DNA of 59,772 nt, counting the filler, from Sphacelaria rigidula (lineage: Eukaryota), in the NCBI GenBank assembly GCA_964200075.2. It is 6 parts of 6 records of this genome, joined end to end, with 100 filler letters (N's around TTAATTAATTAA, not from the genome) between each part and the next. Parts side by side here need not be neighbours in the genome. Positions count along the whole stretch, not along the records: positions 39,917 to 49,794 come from CAXNAA020007569.1; positions 49,895 to 59,772 come from CAXNAA020007570.1; 4 more parts are not named here. One strand, given 5' to 3'. Below the pieces are notes generated by a model. The model did no database searches, was not told the origin of the DNA, and saw only the letters and a program-made list of their open reading frames with translations. Both the position numbers and the translations under genes were made by a program. This document shows positions 47,151 to 59,772 of this stretch, piece after piece (positions within the stretch are counted from its first letter, which is position 1; each line of letters begins with the position of its first letter).

Positions 47151-50100
47151 CGCCATGTGTGCAGAGCAGACGGGTTTATAGGTTACCACACGAGAAATGT
47201 ATATAGATTCAACGGGTCGCAAAGGTTATTCAGCTCATGATCGTGCAGGCTTGCGGGAGATACCCGTGCTTCAACGCCGGCAATGTACACATTAATGACT
47301 CTTCTCCGGAAACTTTCGTCTGACGTCAGCCGAACGTCATGATCAACCAAACGAGCATAATATGGTTGTATCTTGTTTTTACCCCCGCTGCGCATCAGTG
47401 TACAGTACACTCTGCAAATACAAAAACAGTCGTTCATACAGCCGCTGGCACAACTGAATACTGTTTATTGTATACTTCATTCGGATGCGCCGACAGTGCA
47501 CATCTTCGGGAAAAGTATGCCGCCCTACCGTGGAACCACTCGGAATAAGATATACGTACTTTATGTTCCATATGCCAGGGTTGCTACAGCCAACGTCCGG
47601 ACTTGTAGACATGCGTTGTACCCGGGCCATACACGTAAACAGGTGAGGGAGCTGAATACTGTTTTCTTGGATACTTGATCCGGATCTTACGGGTGCGGGA
47701 AAGGATTTCTTGTAAACTAGATTCGGGTTTTACGGGTCAGGGGTAGCTTTTGGTATACATGAGATTCGGATCGCACGGGTCGACGACAAGCTACTGCGCT
47801 TGCCTGACCCGAGTGATATAAATCACAACTATGTGATGTTGTACAGGTGACACGGGTCTGCAGATAAGTTGTACACGAAAGTGTTTGTGTGAACCGGGTC
47901 GTACAGCTCATCGCTCGGCAAACATGTATGGGTCAACCGGGTCCTACGGATCAGCGTCGGAGAAACGTTTGTACGGGTGACAGCTCACCTCGGACGGATC
48001 ATGATATATGCCCCAAATGAGCTGACCCGGATCTGTAACGAGCTGATCCGTCCGACGTGTGAAACCTTTGGATGTATCTGGACTCTCAGCCGACGAAACT
48101 GTTCCGAGATAAGGCTCACAGAGTACCGGATGATACAGACGAATATATCTCGATCTGACATTAATACAGGGGTGGTCCAGGTTCACTGGCGCTCCATCAA
48201 CTGATCTATGTTTCAGGTTTCAGGGGAGCGCAAAAACTCTTTGCCCTCACTCACGAAGGTTCTTCCACTGGAATCAGAGAAATGAATCAATTACATACCG
48301 TTATGATGGGGTGTACACGAACCATCGTTATCAAAAGCGTAATAGTGTGTAGTGTATTCCCTCTCTGTACTGCACCTGCGCATGTACTGAACCATAGCTC
48401 CAATAATGCGGATTCCCTTTCGTACTCCAAGAAGAGAGCAGTCGTCTAATGTAATGTCCGTAGTACAGTCAGTTGTGCGGACTGTATGTCCCGTACTGTC
48501 TGTAGCAGTACAACAGGAGTGCCGTTCAGCAGCCGCGTCATGTATAGTAGTAAATCAGAAAACTGGACTAAACCACTGCTGCTTTACGGATTGTACCGTT
48601 TTCCGCTTTGTACTGTTGTGTGAAATGCGGATGATACGACGCAGAACAGCAGAGCGCAATCAACAAACACCCTTGTACTAAACGGACTGCGTTACCGTAC
48701 CGTATAGACTGTAAAGTACAAGCACCGAAGATACAGCCACCTGCAACCAACAACTGTTACCGTGTTCAAGGCATTGCGGCACGAAGCTACTGCCCCATGA
48801 CATTGGTGACCAGGAGTATCGGATCGATGCAGAGATTCAACATGCTGCCCCTCTTCACCTCAGTAATCATCCCCACCTGGCACTTTGCGAATACACAATT
48901 TGGCCTGGCTAGAGAGTAATTCAGTATTTCTCACCTCGCCCCAACAACCGAGAAATAATCCGCTATAGGAGCACAGTCGGCATCCTCCATTGGTGGCCAG
49001 GGCCCTCCCTCACCCTGTAATCATCAACGATCCAAACAACTGGACTCAGGGTACTACAGACTACAACTCGTAGCTCCAGCCTGCTGCGACTGCGAGTCTG
49101 AGTAAGAAGTGAACATATTACAATAGTGACGAAGGATACTTGATTATTGTTCAAGCTTCACAATAGCCTCAAGGATTCGTAGTCTCACTTGTCTAGTTGG
49201 ATCAAGCCGAGTGTGAGTGCTTGGACCGACTTAAAACTGTTGCTCTACTAGCACGAGGTGAGGGTTAAGAGCACAGCTATATCACAATGGGAAGAATGGA
49301 TATATTTCGGGGTGGCGTAACATACACCAGGTGGGGGCCGTGTGTATTGCTGGAACAGGAAGCTGCCTAGAGACACGCACAACAGTGGGTGCGCTTTGGT
49401 TCGATTAACTCTTGCTGGCTACAGGTGGATGTGTGCGATACGTCATGGATCTCATGTACTCGCGATTAATTCTGCAGCTCTACACTTGCTGTCTGGCGGA
49501 CACTGTACAACGTAACCGACTGTTTTAACAGTGTTGTAGTGTTGCGATTACACTATTATACTTAAGTACAGCCGATTACAGACAACAGTGTTTTCGTGAG
49601 ATTGAGAGTAGATGATACGATTGAGAGTGAAAAGCGGTCAATCAGTGAATGAATCGTTTCAGTTCCGAAATGTTTCCGAAATGCACTTCCACGAGGCCCA
49701 ACATGCTTTCTGCAATAGCTCGCCACTGAGGCCCTTGATATCCCTGGGTAGGATATCGACGTGTAGCTGTAAGCACACGCAAGTGATAGAGGTANNNNNN
49801 NNNNNNNNNNNNNNNNNNNNNNNNNNNNNNNNNNNNNNTTAATTAATTAANNNNNNNNNNNNNNNNNNNNNNNNNNNNNNNNNNNNNNNNNNNNATGGAA
49901 ACCGGTAAGGTTTTACGGGGATCTCACCACGAGGCCCCAACCTCCATGTGAATTTGACATGGAGGGGTGAGGGGGGAGGGGGAGGGGGAGGGGGGGGTGG
50001 GGGGTACTCATTTATTGCTTGCCTTAGTCGTTCGACCATTGACCACGCATCCCTTTCGAGACGGAGTACCCTTCCTACTCCTAATAGAGACACCGACTAT

Positions 50101-52859
50101 GGGGGGGCGGGTAACACCGACTTCAAGCTCTCCGGGTTTTCGGGTTGACTGGAGTGATGCGCAAGGTTTAAATGAAACTCGAGAAACAAACGGGTGAAGT
50201 ACTCGGGGCTACGCGCCTATCTATAATAGTACTTATTGATCGTGTGGGCGTCTAAAGCCAAGTAATTGTAAAGCAATCTGCTGGGGGTTGAGTGAACACG
50301 AGCAGTTATATAGGTCATTTTCTTCACGGCTAAGCCCACAGATCTGAACGCCAGCATGACACTCGCTGAGAAGACGACGAACGATTTGTGTAGAATGAAG
50401 TTATATCTGGATTATACTCTCGACTTCAGTTGAATCGACCCACAGGGCCTTGGATTCGCGTATTTTCTGTACGGACGTTATTTGTTGACGCTGAAAGGAC
50501 GCTGAAAGGACGCTGAGAGGACGCTGAGAGGACGAAAAGAGGATTCCTTCGAAACCGGGACCATGCTGGTCGTTTTGATCTGTTCTTCAAGAAATGCAGT
50601 CGCAAACACAGAACCAATCGATTTCTTCTTGTCTTGGGTTACCCTTGCGCTTGTGTGTGCGATTGCTCCTACCTCTCTGTTGGTTCGCCGTCTTGGAAGT
50701 GATCTGGGCAAGATCATTTGGACAACCCGGGGCGTACATGGGTCTCCGTGATAGGAGGAGTGAAGAGAAAACCTTCAGTGAATGGCGTGTTTCATCGTGT
50801 GACGTGGCCATTTTCGACAGGAATGTTGACGTTAGTGATCTAGTTTGCAAGGGGTGACATTTCTCTCGGTCCAGTCCCCACACACACCGTATCAACCTCC
50901 CTTTACGGCTTTATTGAGAAAAAAGTATACGTTGGCCTGCATGGGCCAAGAATTGCTGCAAACGAAGTATGGAGGCCTCTCTGTAAGCCGCTGTATCAGC
51001 CGCAGGAGTGATCCAACGGACATAAACAGTCGGGGTCACGCCACGGCGGGGATTGCATATTTGGGCCTAGGAGGTACACAAGAATCTTGATCGGTAGATT
51101 TTCGCTATGAAATTCGTTCGAGAATTCCATGACCCATAGGGGGACTAATCGTGGCGTGCTGTCACATATTTGATGGGCCTTTTTTTGGGTGAAATGAAGG
51201 GCTTCTAATAATTCGAGCCCAATACATACCTCGTGCAACCCTAACGTGGTATACCTCTTCGCTTAGATGAAAATTTTGGGTGTGGTGCCTAGATTGAGAG
51301 AAACGCCACCCCTTGTTGTCAACGATGAAATACTGCCTGCTTTACAGTTCACTTCGATAAATATCCAACCTCGACAAGATGATGCTTCTCCGGCAACGAA
51401 CGATCGGTCTGCCTGTTTGTTCGTTTCTGTTGCATCACGCTCTTGCTCAAAACGCAAAAAAAAAAACATGTCAGAACTTGCGGTCTAAGCCAAACGCAAC
51501 TGGTGTTGCTGCAACGCTCCCGAGAGCTGCGCAAGGCCGGAAACAAAAACAGCAAAGCAGCGAAGCTTACTCGAAGACGTAGAGATGTACTGGCGCAGCC
51601 GAAGGACGACCGACCAGCCGCCAGAATACGGTAAGCTAGAGCCGTCGCATACTCTTTTCGGTGAAGGCGTCGGCGAGCTTTTCTGCATTCTGCTTACGTT
51701 TCCGACGGTGTTATTAAAACGTGGCGGACGACTGCTGTACTGAGGGTCGGTCTGCAAAATATACTTGGGGAAACGGGAGAATCGGAGCGTATTACATACT
51801 TACACGTAGAAATACATATGTATATACATATAAATATATGACGACGAGAACACTGCTGCTTGTCGAGGGAAAATTACAGGAAAAACTTCGTTGATTTTTT
51901 GCAGATTCATGGACAATTGAAGGTATACACAACACAGAGAAACAGAGAAAGAAGGTCCGGAAGCACGGGTGGGCGTTGTTATTTCCGACACGACTGTGAG
52001 CATCAAGCACAAGAAGCGACTGGCGCTGTTTGACACCGCTTGCCAACTAGGAGGAGAAGATTTCGATCAGTTCACTGTTAGCACGGCCGAGTGGTTGAAA
52101 TATCTCATGTTTCTTCATTTTGGGTTTCGTGTGCGCGCGGGGAGGGTAGGTATACTCCTGAGCTTGCATGCTGTAGTCATGAGCGCGCGTGGGGGGTCGC
52201 ACATGGTATACTCGTATTAGTACAAGGTGCGACATAAGAGCTGTCAAAACCTCGATCCCCCCTCCCCGACCGCCCCCCTCTACTCATTTTTGATGTGGAT
52301 AACCGTAAGATCATACAGCTTGTGTGAAGAAATCAACATGTGTCAGCCAGAGGTCGATGACTCGGCGACATTATCGCTAGCTTGGTCACGGTGGGACTAG
52401 CTCGCAAAATTCAAACGCTATACTTCACTCTAGTGATTGATCCATTGGTTGAGTGATCGGTTCACTGCCGCACACGAACGTTGCCTGCTCTGCGAAGAAG
52501 CCAGCCGTCGTTTGGTTTGATTGGTTCGTTTATTGTCAAACAACAACTGATCCCCTACGAGTCATGATCCAGTCATGATCCACACGTGGTTATTATCCGC
52601 AAGACATATGTACAGTACCCGCGGAAACAAACGCGGAAACATTCGCTGAAACGAAACTCGAGAAACGGAGAAGACAAAATGACAAAGGCGGAACGGACTG
52701 AACAAATTGAGAGACGACCAATGCAGCAAAAATTGAGGCGACGTACAGCACACGAAGTCGGGAAGTGGAAACAGCTGATCAAACCGTCAAACGGTCGATC
52801 AAGGAGACTCGAGAAGAGGATCGAAAGTGGAAGAGCTGAAGGAAGAAAAGGACAGAGAA

Positions 52860-53165
52860 GAGTCCTCTTTTTTTTCTCCCTCTATGATTTTTTTTTTCAT
52901 TTTTTCATTTTTTTTTTCATTTTTGTTTTAAATCGGATATTTCTTCCTGTGCTTTGTTTTTGTTGAATTTTTCCTTTTTTTTCTTTTTTGTTTTACGTCT
53001 TCGTCTACTATGTCGTTCGGTTTGAATTTTCGTGTTCCTTCTTTTTCTTCAGCGAGTGTTTCAGTTTTGTTTTGTCTTGTGTACGTACGTCTATCATGTG
53101 ACCACGGCTGGATCATGACTACCTGGGGGGTCAGTTGTAGTGCGACAATCAATCCATCAATCAAA
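52860..53165 (+). mobile_element. Retroposon 3' end with (AATC)n/(AAATC)n tail (family C)
   Basis: Shared terminus TCATGTGACCACGGCTGGA...GGGGGTCAGTT...GTGCGACAATCAATC. Also at 15870-15983 and 58910-59002, and related to the end of the RTE remnant at 55335-55400(-). Confidence 0.75.
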
Positions 53166-53735
53166 CATAAAAAGAGTCACATCAACCACCAGCTTCACAC
53201 CTTGCACCTTGCACCTTGTACCGGCCCCTAGAAACGCCGTGGTAGACCCCTGCCAGGGCTTCAGGTGAGGCGGTAGGACAAGAAATCAGGCCATGGAGCA
53301 GGCTGCAACTCAGCTGCTACTTGAAGGCCGCACTATTGCCGAGCCCCGGTGTTTCAATGGTCCGACTGACACCATGACGGTGAAGAGAGCGTGCCTTCGA
53401 TTCTCGCCAAATGTCTCGGGTTTTTTCTTCAAAGTACAGTACAGTAAAGTGAAGTATCCGATTTCCACCGGTGAAAGGGCCAGGATGTTGAGTAGACAAT
53501 TAGTACCTGACTGAGTTTGTCTGACGAGAATTGAGGCGGTTCGGGGCTGCTGACCGAATCCGCGAGATCAAAAGTCAAGGCTTGTACTGGGGAGAGGTCG
53601 ACTGACCCCCTGAGACCACTGAGTCGTCTCGAGGAAGGGGAGGGGTCAAGAGTGTCAGAAGATAAAAAAAAACTATTTTGTTAGGAATAATCTCGCTGAA
53701 TGTAGTCTCAGGTGGACGACAGTCCCCCCCCCTCC

Positions 53736-54122
53736 ATGGTGAGACACCCATGCACCCATGAAGCAGTGTGTAAGCCGTGGCTGTCTCTGGAAGTGACAAT
53801 ACCAGATAATGAAGCAACTCACTGGAGGCTGTTATCCAGATGCAATATAGCCAGTACGCTTCGGCCGAACAATATTAGCAGGATGCAGCTCATCCTTCGT
53901 GCGACTCGCCGACACACACAACTCGCCGACACACACAACTCGCCGACACACACAACTCGCTGAACACATCACGGTACTTTCCGCTTCGTGATCAATTGCG
54001 AGCCTGGTCCGGCGAAAACTCGGCATGCTCCGTCCCGACTTTGTAGGAATGCGAGGTCAGTGGTCATATGACTATGGCATGCAAGATCACGAGTACACCA
54101 CACCCCCCTTCTCCCCTCCCCC
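53736..54122 (+). mobile_element. Retroposon family B 3'-end fragment with oligo(C) tail
   Basis: Dispersed repeat ending GGCATGCAAGATCA(C/T/G)GAGTACACCCC with variable 5' truncation. Copies: 9990-10040(+), 12115-12380(-), 19710-19858(+, cut by gap), 29465-29780(-), 39415-39657(+). Confidence 0.85.
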
Positions 54123-54198
54123 AACGCGGAGGGGTATTGCAACTGACGACGGACGCGATAGGACAATCGCATGGACAGCGACATACATTATTCAGCAG

Positions 54199-57100
54199 AC
54201 TGTCCCTACTATGCCTTGCGCCCAGACATCCGGCTACAGAACCAGTGCTGGAAGCGTTGACGAGGGAGATGAGCGACAAGAACAGACGAGCTTTCTTGCA
54301 CGCCTGTCTGGCTGACGCAAAGGAGTGTACACATCGGCCGCACACACGATCGTCATCAACACGCCCAGGCCCAGGTAATGCTAAGTAACCGAGTACTTGG
54401 CAAACCACAGGACAGGGAGGGCGAGGGGGAGGTACGGCGTACTGTATGGATCAGAGAACTTCAACACAGGAAGTACGCCTTAGATATGGTCGATGCGAAA
54501 TCTGGACCAGTAGAGGGGGTGCGACCTGTCGTAAAAGAGACATCCCGGCCCTTCGAGGATTAACGTAGCTTGTCACGTTGTCACGGTCACATGACGGGAA
54601 ATCGGTAGTACATACTACACCTGCTCATTATCACGGGGCAGCTTCTTCAGAGGTTGGCGTTAGGGCTGGAATGTTCGGCCCGAATGGGAGTAAGCCCTGG
54701 CATCTTTGCCTCATGTCTCAGATTGAAGAAATGCAAAATATGGTCAAGACCCGCTCTTGTTCATCACTGCACAACTTTGCGCCCGATAGCTTAGTTAAGG
54801 TACACAACACCAACGCAGAGACAAGGTACGCAACTATTCCGGTTATCGTAGTTTTGAACCAAGCATCTTCACGTTTTCACTGCGGTTGGCGGAGGGATCA
54901 ACATATTTTTATCTCTAGATGATGACGATAGGTGATAAAAAGGTCTGTTTGAAGAGGGCGGGGGGGGCGTACTCATTTGTTGCTTGTCTTAGTCGTTTGA
55001 CCATGGACCACGCATCCCTTTCGAGATGGAGCACCGTTCCTACTCCTAATAGAGACACCTTCAACATTCCGGCGCTCATTACGGAAGTGTTGTTGTGATG
55101 TGTTGCATGCCATGCCTCAGATTCTAGGCTCCTGAGGTTCGGCGGCCTGGCAAGGAGGACACTTCGCGCCCGTTCTATCGATCGCAAGCATGGCCAATGC
55201 CTGCTTGCTATGATACCGAAGGTATCTCGAAGCGGTTCTGCTTGTTGCTCCATCTACAGTGACGCTTACCCTGTTTAGTCCACTTCATGATCTGTCCTGC
55301 CGTACTGTTGACTGACAGATGCACCGATTTATTGGTTGGTCATGCTCACTCACTCATTCGCTATCATCCGCTATAAATCCAGCCGTGATTCAAAGACAAA
55401 CGTACCCGAGGTAAATATACGAGACATTCGCAGCAGAGACAACGAAAAATGAGCCGGGAACCAACAACAAGGAGGAAAATAACCCACGACCAAGTACACT
55501 AATACGGAAGAACAGCATGAAGGAATTGGAAGGAAAAGAGAAAATGAAGAAAAAAAAGAATAGACAACACATGAAAAACGAAAGCAGTTTCGGTCCCGAA
55601 GCAACCCCGACAGGTCCTTGCCTGGGGTTAAGGTACGGAGGCAATAGCAGAAGTAAGGTCGCGGAAGCGGGTTGCGACTTCGATACCTGCTGACAGCACT
55701 GTTAGGGTAGGAACTCCCGCACGCCGGCGCTGCTAGGACAAGAGACGAAAGCTGATAAGGCCGAGGCAGAAAGAAAGGCCGAACAAAAAACGCACAAGAA
55801 ACGGATCGAAAGAGGGCGCGGTATTAAAAAGAAAGCAGGGGAAGGGAAAAGGTAGAGGAACAACCCAGACACGAAGCAGAAAAAAGCCAAGAAATAGAGA
55901 TATGATAGGAAACATCGTGATATTTTAGCTAAAAGCCAACAGCAGAAGTTCAAACTAAGAGAGTCAGAGGTACCCGTGTTACCCTCCCCTCCTAATGCCT
56001 TGGCGGGGGCAAAGCGGACCAGTCTTTCGGCTAATTCTCTCTCGGATTCCTCCCGGACTGTTGCTCCTGCTCTTGTGCCAGAGGTGGCGGCTATGCCTCG
56101 TCGAACTCCTTCCGCCCTCTCTCGACTCCAACGGTACAATTTCCTCGACGTTCTTGGCGGGAATTGCCCAACACTGCAAATCTTCAATCTCAACACCGTG
56201 AACGATTCCCTTCTCTTGTTCTCCCTTGCGTGCGATAGCCCCTAGGCCACGTAGGCTCTCGTGGCGGCGGTCCCCTCAGTGCTTTAGAGGTTGGCTAGCC
56301 GCTTCGGTCCCTTGTGCAGTCAACCGTCCCAACATGATGCTCTTCGGAAGACGAGCTGCATCATGCGGACCCAGGGGATGGTCGTCTCGGTACATGTACA
56401 AACAAGCATCTCGAGTACAGCTTTATATAAGAACATCGTGTGTGCAGTACGATCCTTCCTGCGGGAGCCAACTGCTTCCACTGACAGCTTGTGGGTTCGT
56501 AGTGCGCAGGCTTTCTAGGTCCTCTAGACGCAGCAGTCACATACCATACCTGTCCGGCAGAGGGGCCATCACCTTCACCATGAACAGCGGGAGCGACAGC
56601 CAAATAGTGTGTTGATCGTGATCGTGACGTTTTGGGGGGGGCGCGCCTACGTGGCGTCGATGTGCTTGATTCCGACGGGAAGATATTCGCAGATTTGACT
56701 GACAGCACGAACTAGACAGAAAAATTCGTCCGTCTGTTGTTTGGACCGTTGACGTGCCGCCTCGATGTGCAGTGCGGTCACTGCGGAGTTGGGTACTGAC
56801 CACAGACGTCTAACCTCTAACCCAGCTCTTGCAAATGACGTAGGGCGAACATCATGTTGATGGCCGATCGCTGACGCCGGAATCCGCGTTGTTCTTCAAG
56901 GATAATCCCTGACTACTCAAAACACCACCCGGTCTCTCGGCTAGGAGTTTGAGGGGAGGTTTACCAGCTCACACCACCGGAAAAAACGTCCCTGCGGTTG
57001 CCATATTCGGTTCTATCCTCGCTCTGGGGTAGCATTTCGATGGTGGTGTCCTTCGACTCTTACAGCAGTCCGCTCGATGTCCGAGCAGCATCGGTGACGC

Positions 57101-58365
57101 TGTGGAAGTGGTGCAGGATCTCCAAAGGTTCGCCGACGAACCTAATCTTCGGGAGTTCAGCAAGAAGCCCGCCCAGTCCCATCGCGTTGCCGTCCGTCGT
57201 AGGTTTCAGTGTCTCTCCTGTTTCAATATAGTACGGATTGGCGGGTCTCCAAGCGACACACTTTCGGGAGAGGTGGGAGGTTGTCGATGACGATCGGATC
57301 GAGAATTGCCGATATTCGGTTGATTGATAGGTCGACTGATCGAATTGACTGCCGCATATTTCAGTCTTAGTACACAGAAGTCCCGTTTTCATCGCTCACA
57401 GGTAGGATCCCATTGTCGAGGCGGTTTGCCCTGCTTGTCCTCGACACACTGTTCGTTCTCCGGCTTCGTTTCCTTTGCACTCGATCCTCCTTACAGATGC
57501 CCGTGCCAGCCTCTCATGTCCCCAATATGAAGAGACTCCTTCATCGCAAACACGTCCAAGTACTGGTCCGTCCCAGCTTGGATCTCGTCCTTCATCCTCC
57601 AGCATAGTTCCTGCAAACTATGCCACGCGGGTTCACCTCTCCGCCCTACTCGCATCGCCGGTCTCGCCCTCTCCCACTCATTCCAGGCCTCTTCAAACTC
57701 GGCTTAAGTCGTAGTACCCTCCAATGTACCCTTGTATACAGGACTGTCGACTCGGGTACGGGATTACCTCCACGGCGGATCTCAGGAAGATCACTGCAAA
57801 GTTGGTAGCCATTTACCCACAATATCTCCGAGTTTGTCATTTCTCGACTATCTTTGTACATACAATCACGGGGGCTCGCGTTGTTCAATGTGTTCGAATC
57901 TGCCCAGGAATCCCACTGTAGCGCACTCGGTGATGGGGACGGTATGTGTGTGCGTGCGTAACAAACGTTTTGGCTCTTGAAGCCGAGATTACCTCGCAAG
58001 TCAATATTCGGGACATGTCTGCCACGAAACTTGAAAGTTCGGCAATACGGCGTAGTATAACAGTGCAGTGCCTCACTGGGATGTAAGCTCTGTCGATGTA
58101 CGCCCGCGATGCCTATGCTTCTCTCAAAAATGCTCTGGATCTCTCGTGGGGTACGAAGTTTCTGTGAGTGGTGGTTTTCCTCCTGCCTGTTCACCATGTC
58201 TCTGATTGGTTGATTCGCCACGTTTGCTGATTTCTTGTTCGTTGATTGATCGAATTTTGCAGGCGGCGGTGGAAGTACAGAGGAGGACGGAGGTGGTGGG
58301 AGCGGGAAGGGGATGGGGGCTAAAGAGGCGTTTCTGTATCGGATGGAAGCGCAGGAGAGAGCAAA
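54199..58365 (+). CDS. Hypothetical protein, two phase-compatible exons around a 3.9-kb LINE-containing intron
   Basis: Exon 54199 (or 54196)-54374: LSLLCLAPRHPATEPVLEALTREMSDKNRRAFLHACLADAKECTHRPHTRSSSTRPGP, donor G|GTAATG, phase 1. Exon 58263-58365: acceptor TTTTGCAG, phase 1, GGGSTEEDGGGGSGKGMGAKEAFLYRMEAQERAK, donor GTGAGC. Weaker upstream candidates at 51267-51630, ~51923-52090 and 53232-53264. Confidence 0.55.
55335..57720 (-). mobile_element. Decayed RTE-like LINE (RT region and T-rich 3' UTR)
   Basis: Minus-strand remnants GDMRGWHGHL, NAMGLGGLLAELPKI...EILHHFHSV, SKDTTI..EDRTEYGN and EEQRGFRRQRSAINMMFALRHLQELG match RT domains 0-2 of RTE-type elements. An internally deleted C-terminus, a T-rich tail and a CACGGCTGGAT terminal motif follow. 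Confidence 0.85.
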
Positions 58366-59772
58366 GTGAGCTTTTGTTCCGACTATCTTACAGTATGTTT
58401 TCGACACTGATTTCAAGTACGTATCCCACAAGTTCGAAGAATAGCACAATTTGATTAAAAAAGTGTTACACCCCACGGAATTATTATTATGTATTACTAT
58501 TATTATTTCTGCACATTAGTCCAATCTCTCGAACGCGTGGTCACAGACGTAGGTTCATCTTTTCAATACCGTTGCTGATATCCCTTCCTACAAGTCATAG
58601 AGTCCTCCATCTTATATTTTGAGACTCCAGCCTAATTACAAGAACTAACGCAATCAACTAACAAAACCAGACCTAGGAAAAAACTCACAAACGCGATACA
58701 AGCAAAACAGAAGTACATGATAAAGAATAAAGAGAGTAAATATGGCTAACCTCAAAAGATCCGGTGCCGCAGGTGGTCATTCGGACTTCAGGGGGTGGCG
58801 CCCGACGTTCCAGCTCGACCCCGTGAGGCCAAGTAGAAATGAACGTAGGGTCCGACTAGGGGCGAAAGTCAATGCTACCATTATTGTGTTAACATTGCCA
58901 TATATTGCGACCAGTTTCATGTCCCTTCGTACGTCTATCATGTCACCACGGTAAGGCTGGATCCCTAGGGGATGAGCTAATGTGTGACAATCAATCAATC
59001 AGTCGGTCAATGAATCACAATCGACCTCGTGTGAACCGTGTGGACCGTCAGGCGAGACGATGATTTTTCTTCCTTGATATTCAGGCAAGGAGTGACCGTG
59101 GCATGGGGTGAAGGCTCTTGGAGTCAACATGGACCATGTACAAAAAAGTTGTTCGTGTTCTGCTGTGTTGTGTTGGTGACTCCCGAGGGCTCGGCGGTTG
59201 CCCTTGTTATGTTGAGTTCTTGTACCGTTGAGGCCTGTTAACTAGGGTCCCGGAAATTCGGCTGTACAGACATGAGATTTTTTAGGCCTCTCGAAGAGTC
59301 CACGGTTGGATCTGCTCCTGTACTGGCTTCGTCACCGGTTCATATTTCATACAAGTGGTCACCCCGCACATACGAATGTAGCGATCTCCACTTGTACAGT
59401 AATGTTATCGTTTCATGGCTAATACAGTAATGTTTTTTTGTGCGAAGACTTCCGTAGGAAGGATCCCGAAATGTTCGTCGTCGAAGCGTGAAACCGTTTT
59501 CATCATCTGTAATTTCGGGAACTCGGTGTTGACTATGGTACGGCATCTCTCTGAACAACTCATAATGACGATAGAAAAAACGGATTTCCGAGGAATGGTC
59601 TAATCCATTGTTACATGCATGCTATACTGAGGAGGTGCACTCTCGAGAGAAGCACGGGATCGCTAGTGTACTATATTTTTCAAGTCATGCCACGATGGGG
59701 GGGGGGGAGGGGGGGGGCGTACTCATTCGTTGCTTGCCTTGGTCGTTTGACCATTTACCACGCATCCCTCAC

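Noticed and set aside
48935..49014. uDENN-like exon (PIADYFSVVGAR) on minus strand
   Set aside because: Short match with plausible splice sites, but no further DENN exons found in the contig.
57646..58476. 276-aa minus-strand ORF
   Set aside because: Antisense to a G-rich exon and intron; low-complexity, no recognisable motifs.

Overview
Eukaryotic nuclear DNA, intron-rich and repeat-dense. It is most likely a brown alga or other flagellated stramenopile; this is inferred from BBS1, short exons in kb-scale GT-AG introns, CCCTAA repeats and the repeat families, and cannot be proved here. The window is NOT one locus. It is six unrelated contigs (9879, 9879, 9879, 9879, 9878 and 9878 bp) joined by N44-TTAATTAATTAA-N44 spacers. 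Two partial genes can be spliced with consistent phases: an MFSD8-like MFS transporter (+, 3 exons, contig 1) and BBS1 (-, 5 exons, contig 2). There are weaker exon sets for unknown proteins in contigs 3, 5 and 6. The rest is mostly mobile-element debris: two decayed LINE reverse transcriptases, many 5'-truncated retroposon 3' ends, a tRNA-derived SINE, several TIR elements/MITEs and mini/microsatellites. The three most unusual signals are (i) two retroposon families ending in GAGTAC+oligo(C) that sit in C-runs and pile up on each other, (ii) a cluster of five related hairpins with arm-to-arm covariation at 2.55-3.07 kb, and (iii) a dispersed loopless 90-bp palindrome, one copy nested in a MITE with a 7-bp TSD. 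I found no CRISPR array, no rRNA, no intact tRNA, no intact transposase and no Fanzor/TnpB ORF. Nearly all ORFs in the six-frame track look spurious.
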